Shown in pieces: positions 19,081 to 28,466 of a DNA stretch of 64,000 bases (the stretch's first letter is position 1; each line of letters begins with the position of its first letter). Source of the stretch: an uncultured Candidatus Binatia bacterium (GTDB lineage Bacteria > Desulfobacterota > Binatia > UBA9968 > JAJDTQ01). The stretch is taken from positions 3,584,001 through 3,648,000 of the forward strand of contig OZ243916.1 in assembly GCA_965213675.1 (NCBI GenBank), written 5' to 3'. Position numbers and translations under genes: made by a program. Below the pieces are notes generated by a model. The model did not search any database and was not told the DNA's origin. It saw only the letters and a list, made by a program, of their open reading frames with translations.

Positions 19081-20728
19081 AGACGAGCCCGAGACGCGCT
19101 CCCCAGGCCGCGGCGTCCTCGAGTTCGTACGTTCCGGAGTCGGAATTGAGCTCGTCCAGCAGTTGATCGCTCAGGGCGGCAGCGTACTCCACCGACGCCG
19201 ACCAGCGCCAGTTGTCGAACCACGTCCTGGTGTAGAAGGCGGAGAGGCCGAGAAACGGGCCGGCAAAGCCTCCGACGAAGCCGGCTGTCGTGGTGCGCTC
19301 CTCGTCGAAGTCGTAAAGGATGTAGGCGTTCGGAAGGACCCCACCCGAAAACCCGACGCCGTCATCGCCGGGATAGGCGGCCTTCACCAGCCGGTCGGCT
19401 TCCTTGGCCTGGCCGGTGAGCGTGGGTTCCGCGACAAAGACGGCGACGCCAAAACGCCAGTGATCGTAGAGCGCGTCGAAACCGGCGCCGGCCATGATGA
19501 AGTTCACGTCTACGTAGCCCCGCCCGCTGTTTTGCTCCACGATCCACTCGTACAAGTCGCGCCGCGCCGCCGAGGTGGCGTCCGTCGCGGCTTGGGAGAT
19601 GATCTCCCGCGTGACCCCGCCGATGTCGGTCTCCGTGCGCATGTAGAAGGCCTCGCCCTTCCACGTCCACCGGCCCACTGGGACGGACAGCTCCAGGCCC
19701 ACGGTTTCACTGCCGGGCAGGAGGCTGCGCTCGATGACGCTGTAGGCGTCGTAGGTCCCGCTGCCGTCCGTCTGCGTGACCGGCTCCACCAAGGGCAGCT
19801 CGTCGAAAGCGAAGAGCGTATTGCGCCCACTGTAGTACGTCAGGCCGAAGGTGACGGAATCGCCATACCAGACGGCGCGCGCGGCGTACGCATCGTAGTC
19901 GCTCCCGCCCTTGCGCGGCCGGGGCCGCATTTCGGTTTCACCGAAACGGGTGGCGTCCGCGACGTAGACTTGATTGGCACCGTCCGCCTCGTCCAGGATC
20001 TCCTCGTGGAGCGGGTCGATGTTCGTCCAGGGAAACCAGTAGGCGCTGACCTCAAGGCGTTCAAAGGGAAACGCGACCGCCGAGACCGCGGGCTGCGGCA
20101 TGCGGTAGGCGGACTTTTCGAGCGAAAGGTCGTCGCTCTGGAACTCGAGCGGCAGCAGGAGGTTCACCGGTGACACGATGTCGAACTGGCCCCAGATGGG
20201 CCTCTGGTAGCCGGCGCTCAAAGAGAGGTTGTCCGCGAGGTCGTACTGCAGGTAGGCCTCGCGCAACTCGACCCCGCTGGCGGTCACCTCGAGCTCCCTC
20301 TCTTCCGGCAGGGTGCTGGTCGTCGACACGAATGCTCCGGATCCGTCTCCGGCCGTGGGGTCCCACTTCGTTTCCAGGTCACTGGTGCGCTTCTGCTCAA
20401 GGGAAACCGAGCGGCGCGCGTACCCGCCCTCGATGAAGAGCTTTGCGGACCCGCCGCCCACCGTGAAGGGATAGTCGATCCCCAGGCGGGCCGCCAGAAG
20501 TTGGCGGTTGATCGGGCTGCCGAGGAAAACGTCGCCTCCGACGCTGCCGAATACGTGCTTCTCGAAGAAGCCGTCGCTCTCTTGGCCCTCATCACCGGTC
20601 ACCACCGTCGGGTTCGAAGCCTGCTGTGCGTGCACGGCGCAGGAAAGCGTGAGCAGTGCGACGGCAATCGACACCACGACAATTGAAGACGAAATCCGGC
20701 TGTTGCGGTCACTATGTCGCGAAAGCAT
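19070..20728 (-). CDS. Secreted, probable outer-membrane beta-barrel (DUF1302-like)
   Basis: Signal peptide (AVHA-QQ), LREAYLQY, AGYQRPIWGQFD.VSPVNLL.P, C-terminal LVYEF; overlaps the RND start. Confidence 0.7.
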   Translation of the reverse strand: MLSRHSDRNSRISSSIVVVSIAVALLTLSCAVHAQQASNPTVVTGDEGQESDGFFEKHVFGSVGGDVFLGSPINRQLLAARLGIDYPFTVGGGSAKLFIEGGYARRSVSLEQKRTSDLETKWDPTAGDGSGAFVSTTSTLPEERELEVTASGVELREAYLQYDLADNLSLSAGYQRPIWGQFDIVSPVNLLLPLEFQSDDLSLEKSAYRMPQPAVSAVAFPFERLEVSAYWFPWTNIDPLHEEILDEADGANQVYVADATRFGETEMRPRPRKGGSDYDAYAARAVWYGDSVTFGLTYYSGRNTLFAFDELPLVEPVTQTDGSGTYDAYSVIERSLLPGSETVGLELSVPVGRWTWKGEAFYMRTETDIGGVTREIISQAATDATSAARRDLYEWIVEQNSGRGYVDVNFIMAGAGFDALYDHWRFGVAVFVAEPTLTGQAKEADRLVKAAYPGDDGVGFSGGVLPNAYILYDFDEERTTTAGFVGGFAGPFLGLSAFYTRTWFDNWRWSASVEYAAALSDQLLDELNSDSGTYELEDAAAWGARLGLVYEF

Positions 20729-21037
20729 TTTTCGAACTCCTTTGCACGTTTGGCCTGGATGTCTGGGTCATGGTGGTACCGCCTCCCCATTCCTTGTCGG
20801 CCATTGCGAATCATGACGTTTCCCCAAGCGGGATTGAACCCTTGTTACATTAGTGGGCCCAAGACCTCAATGGCGCCGGTCCCGGCTCTTCCGTATGAAC
20901 GAGCGCAACCTGCCGCTGGCCGACCCCTCCCGGTACCTGCCTTTCACGGCATGACGGATCTGGCAGCAGCCGGGGACGTCGAGGGTCGTGCCGTCGGTGC
21001 CCAGCAGCCACCGGAACGTCCGGGTATCCGCTGGTCT

Positions 21038-21066
21038 TTGACAATCCCGTCAAATGTCGGTACTCT
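21038..21066 (+). promoter_or_regulatory. sigma70-type promoter
   Basis: TTGACA-N17-TACTCT. Confidence 0.6.
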
Positions 21067-21126
21067 CGAAATCAGGAATGAGACGACCAATCTATCGGAT
21101 ACGGGCGGTCTGCCTGAACGATCAAG

Positions 21127-21161
21127 AAGGAACGGCACCCACGGGTGCGGTTCCTTTTTTT
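21127..21161 (+). terminator. Terminator-like hairpin in the leader of the Zn-ribbon gene
   Basis: AAGGAAC-G-GCACC-CACG-GGTGC-G-GTTCCTT followed by a T-run. Confidence 0.55.
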
Positions 21162-21189
21162 GTCGGACGGCCGCTGACGGGAGGGCATC

Positions 21190-21924
21190 GTGTTGCGTGA
21201 GCAGTTGGAAACACTTGCGGGTCTGCAAGGTATCGATCTCGAAGTGAAAAAGCACAAGGACGCGCAAAACGAACGACGCCAGGAAATGGAGAAACGGGAG
21301 CGCGAAATCGCGCGGTTGGCGGCGGAGGTGAAGACGTCGAGGGACGCGTGGGAGGAGCGGGACCGCGTACGCCGCGACAAGGAGCAGGTCATCCACGACG
21401 CCAACCGTAAGGCCACGGACAAGCGCATGCGCATGAGTCATGTGAAGAACCTCAAGGAGCTCCAGGCGCTCCAGCGGGAGATCGGCGTCATCAAGGAGTC
21501 CAATGCGATCCTGGAGGAGGAACTGATCGAGGTGATGACCGACATGGAGGAACACGAGGGGGTCCTCAAACAGAAGGAAGAGGAACTGACCGCCCTCCAG
21601 GACGAATGGAACACGAGAAAAGGGCCATTGGAGCAGGAAATCGCGGAACTCGAGCACAAGGTCGATCAGACGCGCGACCTGCGCGCCGCCACCGCGTCAC
21701 GTCTCGATGATGATCTGGTGGGCCGCTACGAGTTGCTGTTCAACCGGCGCGGTGGCACAGCGGTGGTGGCGGTTTCATCCGCCATTTGCCAAGCCTGTTA
21801 CATGAACATTCCCCCGCAGCTTTGGAATGAGGTGCTGCGCAACGAGCGCGTGAACCTGTGTCCGAGTTGTCAGCGCATTCTGTTCTACAATCCGCCGGTG
21901 CCGGAACCTGGCGGGCAGCCGTAG
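21190..21924 (+). CDS. Coiled-coil C4-type zinc-ribbon protein (DUF164 / CT398-like)
   Basis: Long coiled coil, CQACYMNIPPQ...CPSCQRIL; adjacent to rnpB. Confidence 0.9.
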   Translation: MLREQLETLAGLQGIDLEVKKHKDAQNERRQEMEKREREIARLAAEVKTSRDAWEERDRVRRDKEQVIHDANRKATDKRMRMSHVKNLKELQALQREIGVIKESNAILEEELIEVMTDMEEHEGVLKQKEEELTALQDEWNTRKGPLEQEIAELEHKVDQTRDLRAATASRLDDDLVGRYELLFNRRGGTAVVAVSSAICQACYMNIPPQLWNEVLRNERVNLCPSCQRILFYNPPVPEPGGQP

Positions 21925-21982
21925 GACGGCGCGCCGTTTCCCCGGGGTTGCGTCTGCGCCCGGCAAACGGGAAACTAGGGGT

Positions 21983-22367
21983 GGGACCAGCGGACCAGAC
22001 GGTCGCCTCCGCGGTTTGCGTGGAGGAGGAAAGTCCGGACTCCGCAGGACAGGGTGGCCGTTAACGGCGGCCCCGAGTGATCGGGGGAAAGTGCCACAGA
22101 AAACACACCGCCCGGCGGGTTCCGGCTTCACGCCGGGCCACCGGGTAAGGTTGAAAAGGCGAGGTAAGAGCTCACCGGTCCGCCAGTGATGGCGGATGCT
22201 TGGTAAACCCCACCTGGAGCAAGACCAAATAGGAGGGTTGGGTCGTCCGCCTGAAGCCCTCGGGTAAGGTCGCTGGACCCCGTGAGCAATCGCGGGGCTA
22301 GATGAATGACCGTCCCGCTTCTCGTTGGGAAGCGCGACAGAATCCGGCTTACCGGTCCGCTGGTCCC
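21983..22367 (+). ncRNA. rnpB: RNase P RNA, type A
   Basis: GAGGAAAGTCCGG, AGTGCCACAGAAA, GGTAAACCCC, ACAGAATCCGGCTTA; P1 GGGACCAGCGGACC / GGTCCGCTGGTCCC. Confidence 0.97.
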
Positions 22368-22634
22368 CCTTCCGCCGCTTTGCGGCGCGAACCTCCGAAC
22401 CACCTCCGAACCGTTTCCAACCCACACCAGCCCACCGCGCCCAATCCGCGGCGCGATGGATTGTTGCCAGGTTTTATTTCCGCCCGCGGACACCCGCGGG
22501 CCGGTTCCCAAACCCACATCTTGTGGCCCGTCCGGGATTGTCCGCCTTCCGAACAACCAGATGTGGGTATTTTCCATCCCTTCCGCAGCTGTGTTGGGGG
22601 CAAGCCAAATCCCCAGGATTGTGACGTTTTCGTG

Positions 22635-22690
22635 TTGACGGGGGGTTGGTGCGACGCTATAGTCGCCCTTGGTGGGATAAGGTGGGATAA
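22635..22690 (+). promoter_or_regulatory. dcw promoter with MraZ-binding direct repeats
   Basis: TTGACG-N17-TATAGT, then GGTGGGATAA x2 (GTGGG boxes, 10-bp period). Confidence 0.75.
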
Positions 22691-22744
22691 ATTCCCATAC
22701 AAGACCAACGCGCTTTCACCGAGATTTCACCAAGAGTGTACGCA

Positions 22745-23197
22745 ATGTTTCGCGGACGTTACGAGCATACGGTCGATACCAAGGGGCGGCTGAGTATCCC
22801 GGCCAAGTATCGTGAAGTCCTCCTGGGCAAGGGAGATTCCAGGCTCATTATCACAAACTTCGTGGTCAGCTCCAAGCGCTGTCTCGATGTCTACCCGCTT
22901 GACGAATGGACGGCGCTGGAGGAGGCGGTGCGTGAGAAACCCAAGTTCGATCCCAACATGGTGCGGTTTCAGAACTACTATCTGGGGGGAGCCATGGAAT
23001 GCGAGGTGGACACGCACGGACGCATTCTCATCCCGCCCGGGTTGCGCAAGTACGCGGATCTCAAACGCGACGTGATGCTGGTGTCGGCCGGGGAGAAGTT
23101 TCGCATCTGGGACAAGGACGCCTGGGACAGGGTGTTCACGGAGGCTGAAGAGCAACTCATGGAGGATCCGGGCTCTTTCTCCGACTTGGGCCTGTGA
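22745..23197 (+). CDS. mraZ: Transcriptional regulator MraZ
   Basis: MFRGRYEHTVDTKGRLSIP, DTHGRILIP. Confidence 0.96.
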   Translation: MFRGRYEHTVDTKGRLSIPAKYREVLLGKGDSRLIITNFVVSSKRCLDVYPLDEWTALEEAVREKPKFDPNMVRFQNYYLGGAMECEVDTHGRILIPPGLRKYADLKRDVMLVSAGEKFRIWDKDAWDRVFTEAEEQLMEDPGSFSDLGL

Positions 23198-23232
23198 GTC
23201 GCGAGGGGATACCGGGAGAAAAGGAGCGATCC

Positions 23233-23601
23233 ATGATCGGACTCGACCGAAAGGCTATTCAGGATATCGCGGTGATCGACGTCAACGGCGACATCGACCT
23301 CCGGGAGATGGTGCGGATCAAGGAAATGATCGGCGGCCTGATGGAGAAGGAACGGCACAAGGTGGTGCTGAACCTCAAGGCCGTGGACCACATCAACTAC
23401 CTGAGCATCGGGGTCCTGCTGGATCGCCTGAGACGCCTCCGCGAGATGAACGGCGATCTGAAGATCTCGGGCATGCGTCCGCACTTGAAGGACATTTTCC
23501 GGGTGGTCGGCATGGACGGGGTGTTCGAGTATTACGCCTCCCTGGACGAGGCCATCGAAAGTTTCGATGACGACTGGGAGGGGGCGGCCACCTGTCATTG
23601 A
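23233..23601 (+). CDS. STAS-domain protein (anti-sigma-factor antagonist-like)
   Basis: VIDVNGDID, VVLNLKAVDHINYLSIGVL, GDLKISG, IFRVVG; AAGGAG RBS. Confidence 0.85.
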   Translation: MIGLDRKAIQDIAVIDVNGDIDLREMVRIKEMIGGLMEKERHKVVLNLKAVDHINYLSIGVLLDRLRRLREMNGDLKISGMRPHLKDIFRVVGMDGVFEYYASLDEAIESFDDDWEGAATCH

Positions 23602-23613
23602 ACGGCCGTCGCC

Positions 23614-24567
23614 ATGAGCTACGCGCACGAGCCCGTGATGCTCCATGAGGTGCTGGAGATTCTCGCGCCGGCGCCGGCACGGCGTTACCTGGACGCCACC
23701 GTGGGGGGTGGCGGACACGCCCGCGAGATCCTGCGCCGGTCGTCTCCGGACGGCGAGCTTCTGGGTCTCGACTGGGACGACGCCGCCGTGGACGCGGCCG
23801 GTCGCGCCCTGACGGGCTTCGGCGCCCGCGTGGCCCTGCGCCGGGCGGGGTTCACCGAGGCGCGCGCCGTGCTCGACGAGGTGGGCTGGACGGACGTGGA
23901 TGGCATGTTGCTGGACCTGGGTCTGTCCTCGCATCATCTCGACGCTCCCGACCGGGGCTTCGGCTTTGCCAACGATGCGCGGCTCGACATGCGCATGGAC
24001 CGGCGTCATTCGCCGGACGCCCACGACCTGGTGAACACGCTGCCGGCGCGGGACCTGGAAGAACTGATCCGCGAGTTCGGTGAAGAACCGGGCGCGCGCC
24101 GGATCGCTCGGGCCATCGACGCGGAAAGGCGCGCCACGACCATCGGGACCACCCGGCAACTGGCCGGAATCGTGGCCCGCGCCTTGGCAGGGGGCGGCCG
24201 CCGGACCCGAGGCGCGCGCACGCCGGCGACGCACCCGGCCACGCGGACGTTCCAGGCCTTGCGCATCGCCGTGAACCGGGAGTTGGAGAACCTGGAGACT
24301 TTTCTAGCAACGGCGTACGAGATGCTGCGCGCCGGCGGGCGGCTCGTCGTCATCTCGTTTCATTCACTGGAGGACCGGCTGGTGAAGCGCGCATTCCACA
24401 AATGGGGTCTGGACTGCGTGTGCCCGCCGCGTCTCCCCGGGTGCGTTTGCGACTGGAGCCGCAAGGCCGCCGCCGTGACCCGCAAGCCGCGCGTGCCCGG
24501 CGCGGAAGAGCTACGGGCCAATCCCAGAGCGCGCTCGGCGCGGCTCCGGGCTGTGGAAAGGGTCTAG
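23614..24567 (+). CDS. rsmH: 16S rRNA m4C1402 methyltransferase
   Basis: HEPVML.EV, DATVGGGGH, DLGLSS, LDMRMD, FQALRIAVN, ISFHSLEDR, NPRARSA. Confidence 0.97.
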   Translation: MSYAHEPVMLHEVLEILAPAPARRYLDATVGGGGHAREILRRSSPDGELLGLDWDDAAVDAAGRALTGFGARVALRRAGFTEARAVLDEVGWTDVDGMLLDLGLSSHHLDAPDRGFGFANDARLDMRMDRRHSPDAHDLVNTLPARDLEELIREFGEEPGARRIARAIDAERRATTIGTTRQLAGIVARALAGGGRRTRGARTPATHPATRTFQALRIAVNRELENLETFLATAYEMLRAGGRLVVISFHSLEDRLVKRAFHKWGLDCVCPPRLPGCVCDWSRKAAAVTRKPRVPGAEELRANPRARSARLRAVERV

Positions 24568-24625
24568 CCGCCCGTCGAACGCCAGCGCCCTTGGCGCCAG
24601 CGAACACGGATCTTGAGGAGGGGCC

Positions 24626-24970
24626 ATGTTCAGAACCGGCCAGGAGCCGAACAGGGCCACAGGGATTCTCGATCAGCAGGATGTGTCCCGGGCGCGCACC
24701 GCGGCGCCGGGCAACGCGTGGTGGCCCATCGCGCTGAGTTGCCTGCTGGTGGCCTTGGCGCTGCTGCTCGTGTGGCAGCGGCTGCGCGTCGTGCAACTGG
24801 GCTACGTGCTCTCCACCGCCACCAAGCTGGAGCGCCGGCTGGAGCAGACCAATCGCGAGTTGAAGCTGGAGCTGGGGTCGCTGACCGCTCCCGACCGGTT
24901 GGAGACCATGGCGCGGACGCGTCTCGGACTGAAGGACCCGCAGGGTGAGCGGGTTGTCGTCGTGCCATGA
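24626..24970 (+). CDS. ftsL: Cell division protein FtsL
   Basis: Single TM plus leucine-zipper-like coil, ARTRLGL..P; between rsmH and ftsI. Confidence 0.85.
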   Translation: MFRTGQEPNRATGILDQQDVSRARTAAPGNAWWPIALSCLLVALALLLVWQRLRVVQLGYVLSTATKLERRLEQTNRELKLELGSLTAPDRLETMARTRLGLKDPQGERVVVVP

Positions 24971-26916
24971 CCAACGCAACGTCACAGGATCCTGCCGCGA
25001 GGATACGGCTCCGGTTGCGCATCGCCGGCGGCCTGCTGCTGGCGCTGTTGCTGACGGTGGCGCTTCGCGCCATCCAGCTCCAGGCCTTCGACGGGGAGCG
25101 GCTCGCCCGCATGGGCGAGAAGCAGCACCTCCAGGAATGGATCGTCCAACCCGGGCGCGGCACCATCTTCGCTCGCAACGGCGATGCCCTGGCCATCAGC
25201 ATCGAGGCTCAGTCGGTGTACGTGCGCCCACGGCGCTTGAAGGTTACCGACAAGGTGGTGGCCGACGTGGCGCGGGCGCTGGCCATGAAGCCCCGCGAAG
25301 TGCGCCGCAGGATGACCTCCAGCGAGCCTTTCGTATGGCTCAAACGGCAGGTGAAGCCGCGCGAGGCGCAGCGTGTCCGGCGCCTCAAGGTCGGGGGAAT
25401 CGGCTTTTACCATGAGCCCCGGCGGTACTACCCGCAAGGACGGCTCGCGGGGCAGGCCCTGGGAGTCGTGGGCAGGGACGCCCAAGGCCTGGAAGGGATC
25501 GAGCGCAGCTACGACCGGTACATACGCGGGGAAACGAGTTCGTCGGTGGTGGAACGCGACGCGTTGGGCCGCCGGATGCTGGTGGCGGGCCTGGAGGAAT
25601 TGAAGCTGCAGCCCGGCGCCCACGTGCACCTGACGCTGGATTCCGCGCTCCAGCACCTTGCGGAAAAGCATCTGGAGGCCACCGTCCGGCGCTACCGGGC
25701 CAAGGGCGGCGCCGTGGTGATGGTCGATCCGTACACGGGGGCGATCATGGCGCTGGCCAGCTACCCGTTCTTCGACCCCAACCAGTACCAGACCCAGGAT
25801 CGCAGCCGCTGGCGCATCCGCGGGGTCACGGATGCCTACGAGCCGGGCTCCGTCTTCAAGGCCGTGCTCGCGGCCGCCGCCGTCGAGGAGGGCGTCGTGG
25901 GCCGGGAGGACCTGATCTTCTGCGAAAACGGCCGGTACGTCTATGGCGGCCGCGCCATCCACGACTTCAAGAAACACGGCTGGCTGTCGTTCGCAAAAGT
26001 GCTTCGGCTCTCCAGCAACATCGGCACCACGAAGGTGGCGGCGCGGCTCGGCAAGGAGCGTTACCACGGTTACATCCGCAGCTTCGGCTTTGGGCAGAAG
26101 ACCGGCATCGACGTCCTGGGAGAAGCGGCAGGGACGGTACGGCCGCACCATCAGTGGTACGACGTGGACCTTGCCGCGGCCTCCTTCGGACAGTCCATCG
26201 GGACGACGCCGCTGCAGGTGGCCATGGCCTTCTCCGCCATCGCCAACGGCGGCTTGCTGATGCGCCCCTACCTCGTGGACCGGGTGGTGGGCGATGACGG
26301 CCGGCTGCTGTTCCAGAACGGGCCGGAACTGCGGCGCCGCGTGGTTTCCCGGGAGACCGCCCGCACGGTGGTGGACATGCTCAAGGGCGTGGTCGTCGAG
26401 GGCGGCACCGGCGCCCGGGCCGCGGTGGCCGGGTTCGAAACGGCAGGCAAGACCGGAACTTCCCAGAAGGCCGACCGTGTCAAGGGCGGCTACTCGAAGA
26501 CCGCGCGGGTGGCTTCCTTCGCCGGCTTCGTGCCCGCCAACGAGCCCCGCTTCGTGCTCCTGACGCTGGTGGACCAACCCACGGTGGAAGTGTACGGCGG
26601 CCTGGTGGCGGCGCCGCTGTTCCAGCGCATCGCCGCCTCGGCGCTGGATGCCCTCGGGGAGAAGCCCGACCATGACCTTCTCGGGCCCCCGTCGTCCGCG
26701 GGGAACGCCGGCGTGGTGCGCGTGTCGCGCGGGCGCGCCCGGCGCGGAAAGGCCGTTTCGGGCGGACGGCCGAACCTCATGGGCATGAGCATGCGCCAGG
26801 CCGTCGACGAGGCCCGGAAGCTCGGCCTCCCGGTGGTGCTTCGGGGGCACGGCTACGTCGCGGCGCAAAGGATGGATGCGGATGGCCGCCGCCTCGTCCT
26901 CACACTCAAGGAATAA
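24967..26916 (+). CDS. ftsI: Penicillin-binding protein FtsI/PBP3
   Basis: RGTIFARNG, EPGSVFK, SSN, KTGT. Confidence 0.93.
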   Translation: MTNATSQDPAARIRLRLRIAGGLLLALLLTVALRAIQLQAFDGERLARMGEKQHLQEWIVQPGRGTIFARNGDALAISIEAQSVYVRPRRLKVTDKVVADVARALAMKPREVRRRMTSSEPFVWLKRQVKPREAQRVRRLKVGGIGFYHEPRRYYPQGRLAGQALGVVGRDAQGLEGIERSYDRYIRGETSSSVVERDALGRRMLVAGLEELKLQPGAHVHLTLDSALQHLAEKHLEATVRRYRAKGGAVVMVDPYTGAIMALASYPFFDPNQYQTQDRSRWRIRGVTDAYEPGSVFKAVLAAAAVEEGVVGREDLIFCENGRYVYGGRAIHDFKKHGWLSFAKVLRLSSNIGTTKVAARLGKERYHGYIRSFGFGQKTGIDVLGEAAGTVRPHHQWYDVDLAAASFGQSIGTTPLQVAMAFSAIANGGLLMRPYLVDRVVGDDGRLLFQNGPELRRRVVSRETARTVVDMLKGVVVEGGTGARAAVAGFETAGKTGTSQKADRVKGGYSKTARVASFAGFVPANEPRFVLLTLVDQPTVEVYGGLVAAPLFQRIAASALDALGEKPDHDLLGPPSSAGNAGVVRVSRGRARRGKAVSGGRPNLMGMSMRQAVDEARKLGLPVVLRGHGYVAAQRMDADGRRLVLTLKE

Positions 26917-26920
26917 ACCG

Positions 26921-28450
26921 ATGCTGCTGCGGGAGCTGCTGCATACACCGGACATCCGCGAACAAAGGGGCCCCGTGGACCGCCAGGTCCAGGGGCTCGC
27001 GTGCGATTCGCGCCGGGTGCGCCCCGGCTCCGTCTTCTTCGCCCTGCCGGGGCAGCGCGCCGACGGCCATGACTTTGTCGGCGACGCCGTGGGACGAGGC
27101 GCGGCCGCGGTGGTGGTGGAGCGGCCGGTGGCGGTGCCCGCCGGGACCGCCTGCGTGAGGGTGCCCAGCGCGCGCCGCGCCATGGCTCACGCGGCCGCGG
27201 TGTATTTCGGCCGTCCGAGCCGCTCGCTCGTTCTGGTGGGCGTCACCGGAACCAATGGAAAGACCACGGTCACGTACCTGCTGGAGGCGATTTTCGGCGC
27301 CGCGGGCCACGCCTGTGGGGTGATCGGCACCATCAGCCGGCGGTACCGCGGACGGGAGCTTCCCGCGCCCCTCACCACGCCCGAGTCCCTCGAGATCGAG
27401 GAGTTGCTGGCCGAGATGGCCGGCGCCGGGGTCGGCTTCGTCGCCATGGAGGTTTCCTCCCACGCCCTGGACCTCCACCGCGCCCACGGGTTGGATTTCG
27501 ACGCGGCCGTGTTCACCAACCTGTCGCGCGACCACCTGGACTATCACGGCGACATGGAAGCGTACTTCCGCAGCAAGGCGCGGTTGTTCACCGCCTGCCT
27601 GACCGCCAGCGTCAAGGCGCGGCCCGTGGCGGTGGTCAACGCGGACGACCCGCGCGGCCTCGAGCTGGCGCGGCTGACCCGGGACGCCGGGCTGGCGGCC
27701 CTCACCTACGGGCGCTCGTCTCGCTGGGACGTTCATCCGGTACGGCTGGACAGCGACGTGGACGGTTTGCGCGGGACCCTGGCATGCGCCGGGCAGGAGA
27801 TCGGGTTCTCGTCGCCGCTCATGGGCGAGATCAACCTGGAGAACATCCTGGCGGCGGCCGCCACGGCGTGGGCGCTGGGGGCGCCGCCGGAGGCCATCCG
27901 CGCCGGGCTTTCCCGGCTGGAGCGGGTGCCAGGGCGGTTGGAGCGGGTGCCCAACGGTTTGGGGGTCACCCTGGTGGTGGACTACGCGCACACGCCGGAT
28001 GCCCTGGAAAAGGTCATCCACACCTTGCGGCCGCTGACCCGGGGAAGCCTGATCACGGTGTTCGGCTGCGGCGGCGACCGAGACACGGGCAAGCGCCCGC
28101 TCATGGGGGAGATCGCCGCCGGCGCGAGCGACGCCGTGGTGGTGACATCAGACAACCCGCGTGGCGAGGCGCCGCTGGCGATCATCCGCGGCATTGAAGA
28201 AGGCGTGCGCCGCGGCGGCATGGGGCGCATCGGCGAGGATGGCGCCGGGCGCCCGCGGCGCGGTTACCACGTGGAACCGGACCGGCGCGCGGCCATTCGC
28301 CTGGGCCTGTCGTGGGCGCACCCCGGCGACGTCCTGCTGCTGGCCGGGAAGGGCCACGAGGACTACCAGATCCTGGGCGGGCGCACGATTCGTTTCGACG
28401 ACCGGGAAGTGTTGCGGGAGGAAGCCGCGGCCCGGGCGGCCGGGGAATGA
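26921..28450 (+). CDS. murE: UDP-MurNAc-dipeptide--mDAP ligase
   Basis: GTNGKTT, MEVSSH, DYAHTPDA, DNPR, AGKGHE. Confidence 0.97.
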   Translation: MLLRELLHTPDIREQRGPVDRQVQGLACDSRRVRPGSVFFALPGQRADGHDFVGDAVGRGAAAVVVERPVAVPAGTACVRVPSARRAMAHAAAVYFGRPSRSLVLVGVTGTNGKTTVTYLLEAIFGAAGHACGVIGTISRRYRGRELPAPLTTPESLEIEELLAEMAGAGVGFVAMEVSSHALDLHRAHGLDFDAAVFTNLSRDHLDYHGDMEAYFRSKARLFTACLTASVKARPVAVVNADDPRGLELARLTRDAGLAALTYGRSSRWDVHPVRLDSDVDGLRGTLACAGQEIGFSSPLMGEINLENILAAAATAWALGAPPEAIRAGLSRLERVPGRLERVPNGLGVTLVVDYAHTPDALEKVIHTLRPLTRGSLITVFGCGGDRDTGKRPLMGEIAAGASDAVVVTSDNPRGEAPLAIIRGIEEGVRRGGMGRIGEDGAGRPRRGYHVEPDRRAAIRLGLSWAHPGDVLLLAGKGHEDYQILGGRTIRFDDREVLREEAAARAAGE

Positions 28451-28466
28451 CGGTGCACGAAGGGTC

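Noticed and set aside
20850-21035. Possible gene tail (..RLFRMNERNLPLADPSRYLPFTA*)
   Set aside because: Too short, no start context or recognisable family
21775-22793. Several ORFs over rnpB and the mraZ upstream region
   Set aside because: Overlap a structural RNA and promoter DNA
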